From the NCBI GenBank assembly GCA_973851085.1, contig OZ316776.1:5704001-5768000 (forward strand): a stretch of 64,000 nucleotides of DNA. The letters are read 5' to 3'. The stretch's first letter is position 1. Every line of letters starts with the position of its first letter. The translations under genes were made by a program, and so were the position numbers. Positions 57,391 to 64,000 of the stretch are shown in pieces. This DNA comes from Ptychomitrium polyphyllum (Eukaryota). Under the pieces are notes generated by a model. It saw nothing but the letters and a program-made list of their open reading frames with translations, had not been told where the DNA came from and did no database searches.

Positions 57391-60300
57391 GGATTACTGC
57401 CTCCACTTGACGGAAGAGACTATGATCACCTTAGATGCGCACAAGTGTAAAGATTGGATGATTCTCAATTGGCCCTATAGGCTCTAGGACACTACTTGAC
57501 AAGCTGGACTTTAGGAGCCTTGAGCGGGTCTTAAAATTCCCGTAACGATTCAGCGGCCTTACCATGGTAAATTTTTGTAACGTGTTGTGTGTCTAATTTG
57601 TATATTGGTGATGGGCTATATTCACCCAGCATTACCACTTGGTTATCATGTGGCACTCTCTGTTTACTTTGTGGATGTACAGCATGTTCTTGTAAGTTGT
57701 GATCCGTTTACAGGAGCCGAGGTGAGATCGATGCTACACTGGTGATTGCGAAAGGGACAGCAAAGCTATTCTGTACTGGAGCTTGCAAGACACAGTATAT
57801 TCAAAGGTTCTTCCTGGATGTAAATTCAGCCATCCACCATCAGAATTGGTTAATGATAGGGACAATTTCTAAGTTGATATCTCACACTCCCAACACTGCC
57901 TCCTCAACAACGCATTAACGAGAGGGCTTTAAGGTAGGTGTAACCACAACTGTCACGTCTCCATGCCCGTCACCTGAAGAAGCATTCCAGTACCATTACA
58001 TTCTAGTATCGTCAGACACTACCCCTAATTTCATTAGCTTTCGAAACTGATGTCCTCGACTTCTAAACTAATTTCACCAACATTTAAAATTAATGGGTAT
58101 TCCTATTCTCAATTAAATATGCATTTTTTGTGGATGATGGACTACTTGTTGACGATTATGGAGTTATCAGTACAAAGAAGTTTAGTGTAGTCTATTATCA
58201 ATTATGAAAACCTATTTCTGTAACTTCAGTTTCTATAACTTCAAAAATGATGTAGTGCCCAGAAATTCTAAGGATTGTAAATTCAAATTCCAAACATGTT
58301 AGATTAGTAACTTGTACAAAAAAACATCTGAAGAAAATCATGTGTAGGTTCTCAGTCATCATGTTGAATCATTCATACCTTTGGGAATGGGCACATCCAC
58401 CTTACCATCACCTTTAACATCAAAGTGTTGTGTTCAATATTCTTGAAATTCATGTTTGGTTTTGAAACAAATGTTGAAGTCGTAACAATACATAATACAA
58501 TGTAATCACGTATTTTCACTTTCATCCACAATCTAGATTGAATTTTCTTTTTCATTTATATAATTTTCATAAGAAATTAATGGTTTCATCTAAGTTTTTT
58601 TAAAACTTATAAAGAATCCAATTTTTCAATCCAAACTCAAAAAATCTCCTCAAAGGCCTGGTCCCAGCTAATAAATTTTGGTGTTTAAATACATAAAAAT
58701 CATTGATTCTACTTATGTATAGAATATTCGATAAAAAAAATAGTTGTATTAAATTGAATGATTATTTCACTTTTTGCAAAAGAAAAATAAAAATTCTTTA
58801 ATACTAGGAGTAGAAAAAGAGAGACTTTTGTATAGTAGAATTATTTAAAAGTTTGTCTTCATTTGTCCTCTTTTCAATCTTTTTCCAACCACTCTTTTGT
58901 TATATATTTTGGTGCTAAAATGTTTTGTTAGAGATGAATAATGTGTTGTTCCATTGTTAATCATAGGATTATTTTGGTGAAAGATGTAGGATCTATGAAG
59001 TATGGAAAATAGTAACAAGGTCTTATTTTTATTGTGGGCAGAAGTCAGCATAATTTTGTGTGTAGTATTTAGAATTTACAATTACCTCTGGGTTACATAC
59101 ACAATTCTGGCCATGTGTCTCAATCACGGCAACAAGAAACGGTTTATTTCAATAGAGAAATCATGTTAGTTTCAACTTTCAAGAGTAGAAAAACATGTAA
59201 GGTTTGTGAAGTTCAAGCCTTGTAGTCTGATGTGTCCTGTCTCTAGTGCACAAGGACTTGACAACAACTCTCTATAATTTTTAGGTAGAAGACTTCAAGT
59301 TCAAAACTAGCACCAGTGCTCACAGCCAACTTATCAAGGTTTGGTTTACATGTGGGACTCTACACATTTGAATTTGAGAATTTCACCTTACTCAACTGCT
59401 AAACAATATAGTTTTCTGAGAAGGAAAAAATCCATTGTACTATATGGATATCATGGCTCATAAAATACATTCCAGAAATGTACTATATGGTGGACCCACT
59501 ATCACTTCTGTTTCTGGCTAAATAAAAGATATGAATTTTCCACCTAATTTTAATAGGAATTCGTTGCAATTTTCCATATTTTGTATTATGAGCTTAAAAA
59601 CCAAAAATCGTGTATGCATGGTTCAAGACTTCTATAGTAGTATGGCTAATACTACATCTCACTGAAATTTTGACTTGATAAACAAGACATATCATTCCAA
59701 TTTATAAAGAGTATAGTATTACGTAAAAAGGCGATTTCTTACGACACCCAATGCCACAAGGTACCAAATATTATTTAGTGTACATATCTGGCTCCCTTTG
59801 TGTGACACCTCCTTAGCCGTCTTGAGTCCTCGGACATCAATGGTGGGGCTCATGTTGTGGTTAGTCCTTCAGCATGAAGTTTATTATGAATGCTGGATTC
59901 TCACACCTGGCAGTCTCCCATTTGGTACGAATTCTCCTCCTCATATCCTTGCCAAACCTTAATTGGCACTACTAAGGCCACCTAACATGAAATCTGTTCT
60001 AAATGGATGGAGAATTCTCTTAACCATACTACATTACATCCATCACATTACTTGGCACTTGGATGGAGAAAAATCATGTTCACCACGGAGTATTGTTGGG
60101 CTAACTCAAACAACCATACTAGAATTTATTGCAATGTACATAATGTTTGTGTGCATTTGTCATGGTGCATCCATTATTGTCATCACTCTAAGATCAAGTG
60201 TTAATGTGAGATTTTACTCCAATCCTCATATTGATTCCATTAGAGACTTATTCAATTACTTAAATTAATAAAATTAATGAGAGGATATATAATTAAGTAA

Positions 60301-62039
60301 AAAAATTGTAACATTGTTTTGATAAAACAATATAAATTCTTTGTCAAATTTTCAAGTCTATTCTTATGAAACTATTTTACTATTATTTTATTCAAACTAG
60401 TTTTAATACTATAACATTAGTACAGGCTACACTATACTCACATTATTATAATTACAATGACAAATTCTCACTCATTGTGACTCACACTCTATTCTAATTC
60501 CAAATTAGTGCGACGGTTCTGGAATTACAAGATGACAGTAACTACAGTAATTATGATAAATGCTGTAGCCAAAGTGATTTTATAATTATAATGTTTAATT
60601 ACTGTGATTTTGCAAATCACATATGTTACCTGTCTTCGGTGGCAGCTGAATACAATGCACACAGTAATTTTAGAATTATTGCTCCAACTAATGAACATCG
60701 TACCAAAGGGGGTTAACATTTGTTAATTGTTTCAGGTTATGGCGACAGCAAAGCAATGGCAAGAGTGTGCTTACTCAGCCATGGTCTCCAAAATGGCTTG
60801 AACTTGACTTCCATTCTTTGAGTTTTGCCCAGAACATTTATTTGCCTTGAAGCTCAATCAACCTGGTACTGTGGTAAGTTGTAACACAAACATTTGGATT
60901 GCTTACAATTGGCCTCTCAATTGTAAACAACAGCTGATAACCTGGTGCAAGGGTCTACCTTGCAAAACAACACAACTGTATTTTACTCATATGAATATTG
61001 TTTTGGTATAAAATGGAAAAGAATGAATTCTAAGGGATTGTTTAAATGAAGAAATCAATATTCTTGATCCTTGAAGTCTATATCACATATTTTGGTGTAT
61101 GGATATAATATGCACCACACATAACAAGATATGTACACATTATAGTCATCCAAATCTAATGGTGGATGATATGAGAAAAAACCACATAAGAACATATATG
61201 TGTTTTATGTCAAAAGAATTAGTCTAATAGGAAATAATGGGTAAAAACAAGTGTTTCAATGTTGTTTTTTAGATTGATTTCGACTTTTACAATATTATTA
61301 GGTTAACTTTTCTTATTTAAAATATCCATAGCTCTCTTACATTGCATCACCTATAAATTCCCAATTAATTTCAAGTGTCACTTCCATCTAGCACACAATA
61401 AATAACTATAAACCTTTAATTAAAACTATTTGTTAATGAGGTCTTGAAAAGGATAGTTTTGCAAAATTCATATGTGCCACAAGAGTAAGCATAAATGAGT
61501 TTTGGAGCATTCTTTTGCACCAAAAAGGAGCCTCCTTTCCTTGAGGTTATCAAAGAGATTTTGGGCCTCGCCAAAGGTAACCAATGGCTTTAGGTCGCCC
61601 TAGATGCCAAAAGCGATGCCAAAAGCTCCCCCAAAACCCTGAACGACTCATGCCAGAAAAATGAAAGAGGGAGTGACATTAGTGGATCGGATGAGACCAA
61701 CAAGAACTGAAAATTTGGTGGCATTCAACCCCCGCAGGCCCACCCAACGCACCCCCCAATCCAGCAAACAATGATCCGCATCCTTTTGAATTCGAGACCT
61801 TGAGATCTCACATGTGAACACATGTGAACACATGCGCTCAGACCCTGCCCCTCGCCCTATGCCCACAGGGAACAGCCGCATCGAATCATTGCAGACCCTC
61901 TTTACCCCCATTTCGAACGTGAAGGGAACCAACCCACCCACCTCAAGGGATGCGTATTCTTAACCATCACTGTCCCGAAAACCATCACCACTCCAAAACC
62001 CGACATTTGCATACTCAACAGCAAAGAGTGTCGCTTGTG

Positions 62040-62710
62040 TGTGTGCCCGTCCCGCGAGGCCTGCACACCTAAAACCCTAGTTATCGTCACCATCTGTACA
62101 TTCCGTCGTTGAATGTACGGAGTCCGAGAGTAATGTCGGTTTTTGGGTGAAGTGACGGTTTTGGATAACCAAACCCGGCCCGACCCGGCCCGACCCGCGA
62201 TGATGACAAAAGAGAATGGCAATGGGGGCGGACGGGGGTGACGGGGCAGATGGTGATGGTGATGGCGATGGCGATGGCGATGAGTCTGATGACGCAGAAT
62301 GAGAATAGAGCGCAATGGCGAGCTTTTCTCTCGCATGCTTTTGTTTAGAAGATCCAGCGTGCGAGGCGATGCCCTACATCACCGTTGCAGCGCGAGACTG
62401 TAGGATGCCGCCGATGACTGCAGGGAAGGTGAAGATAGGGTCATTTCACTGCACTCCAGCAACATTCTACTGTTGCTCCACACATGACCTTCACCTGCCT
62501 TCCTGTCAATAATGACACACCTCGCGCGGCCTTGTCTCGCTCCACCGCACCTCGAGTAGCGCCCGCCTCCCCGTCTTTTCCATGCACAGCTCTCTCGGGA
62601 TCGTAGAGCGAGAGACGGACAGACGGAGGGAAACCTTTTCGCAATGGTGTGTCCCTAGGTGATGGCGTACTGCGGACCTCGGCATTGCTTCGATCTGGCA
62701 TTGGTGCTAG
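62040..62710 (+). promoter_or_regulatory. Probable promoter and first non-coding exon of a downstream gene outside the window
   Basis: GC-rich block resembling the other gene starts here. Telo-box-like AAACCCTAG (62072-62080), GGCCC motifs near 62180, donor-like AG|GTATGC at 62710/62711, followed by intron-like sequence. No CDS found. Confidence 0.4.
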
Positions 62711-64000
62711 GTATGCGTTTCTGTCTTCGATTTGCGGTTTCGGGAGGATGGACAGAGGTTTGGTTTTGTGATCTAATGTGATGTGGCGGAGATGTGGTGC
62801 ATGATTTTGGTGTGATTTGGTTACGCGGAGTTTAAGGAGTAGTTCGTGTTGAGGATTTAGTTGCGGAGATGATCCTTGAGCGGGAGGTGAGGGGGCGAGC
62901 AAACTGCATTGTTGTGCGGTGGTGATGGTTGTTGTTGTTGCGAGGTGGAGAGGTCTTTCGGAGACGCGTTTAGGGAGGTGGAAAGCTTGAGCAGAGATTA
63001 GTGGATTCGATCAGGGGGAGAGATTGAGTGTGGATGGTTGGCGGAGTGTTGTTGTTCAGAGTGCGGGTGTTGCGGTGTTTTCTGAGGGTGTGGGATGAGT
63101 GCATAAGAACGTTGAGAAGTTCGAGTGCCGGAATCTAGGGCTGCGCGTGAGTTCCCTGTGCCGACCTTTGACGCAGCCTTGCAATGTAGTTAATGTGTCG
63201 TTCAAGACTGTTGTGCGCATTTGGTGCCTGCGAAAGAGTCAAATCCGAGGGCGTTGCTGTGGATGATTTTCGCTACAGGCACATTTGATTCCGAGTGAAA
63301 GGACAGTTTTTAGGTCCCTTCTTTGTCCGGATCTCGGCAAGAAAGCAAGGGCTTCTTTGATGAGTTTGTTCTACATGTAATCCGCGTAAAGGCTTGCGGA
63401 TCCTTGTGTGGACGAGTTTAGTGAACTACAGGTGTACGAGCTCCGTGGTTGCGTAGGTGGACCAACTGTCGCCCTTCCTACTTCCTAATCCCCCTACATT
63501 GCGTTTCTTAGACACAGGTATAGCCACAGCGGGCACAGCTTTCGCGTGTACTTTTGGATTTTATGAATGAAGAGAAATGGTTAGGCAACTATCCCGGCGA
63601 TTTAGAGAATCCACTCGTCTTGAACATGTGAAATTCGATGAAAGACCTTCTACTGTAACTTTGGTTACTCGCACATCAAGATCATGGTCGTGGAGGTTGC
63701 GTAAGGCTCATTGTACACAAATGTAATGGTCGTCGGATATATCGTCACTCTACCATCGGCCTGAATACTATTCATCAGGTAGGCATCCCCAGCTTGAGCT
63801 TTCCCCAGTATTCACATATGTTGGAATCTCAAATTGGAGCTTGGCTGACAGTTCCGAAGAATTCGTCATGTCAGGCATTTTATTGTGGGCATTTACTGGT
63901 GTTCTGATGTCGGATCTATTTGTGACTTGAGCGGTGCCTCGTTATGAAGATATTAATACAGATTAGAATTTTTTACCTAACCTACTGAATGAGGGAAGCA

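Noticed and set aside
61648..62902. ORFs of 97-153 aa, including a His-rich one
   Set aside because: Arise from GATGGC/GATGGT repeats and GC-rich promoter sequence, with no domain.

Overview
Eukaryotic, intron-rich plant genomic DNA, most likely a moss such as Physcomitrium (inferred from gene structure and Tcn1-type chromoviruses). Five protein-coding loci were reconstructed by hand. (1) A 5'-partial IST1-like ESCRT-III gene with a very long charged, repetitive C-terminus (+, 775-4749). (2) An 8-exon coiled-coil protein gene (+, 26562-31635). (3) A single-exon, probably ZCF37-like membrane protein gene (-, 34666-36420). (4) A 22-exon EDR2-like PH-START-DUF1336 gene (-, 38669-46747). (5) A 14-exon MIRO GTPase gene (+, 51414-57390) carrying two frameshifts and a lost splice donor. 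The region ~7-23.3 kb is an LTR-retrotransposon island with three nested layers: an old gag-protease relic, interrupted by a full-length Ty3/gypsy chromovirus (11572-19205, minus strand, 5-bp TSD), whose chromodomain is split by a 1145-bp solo LTR with a perfect TSD. The chromovirus shows a Tf1-style self-priming PBS, a -1 frameshift signal (G_GAA_AAC plus stem-loop) and a possible decayed extra ORF after pol. Two miRNA-precursor-like hairpins lie in the convergent intergenic region at 33.1-34.0 kb. No rRNA, tRNA or CRISPR features were seen.
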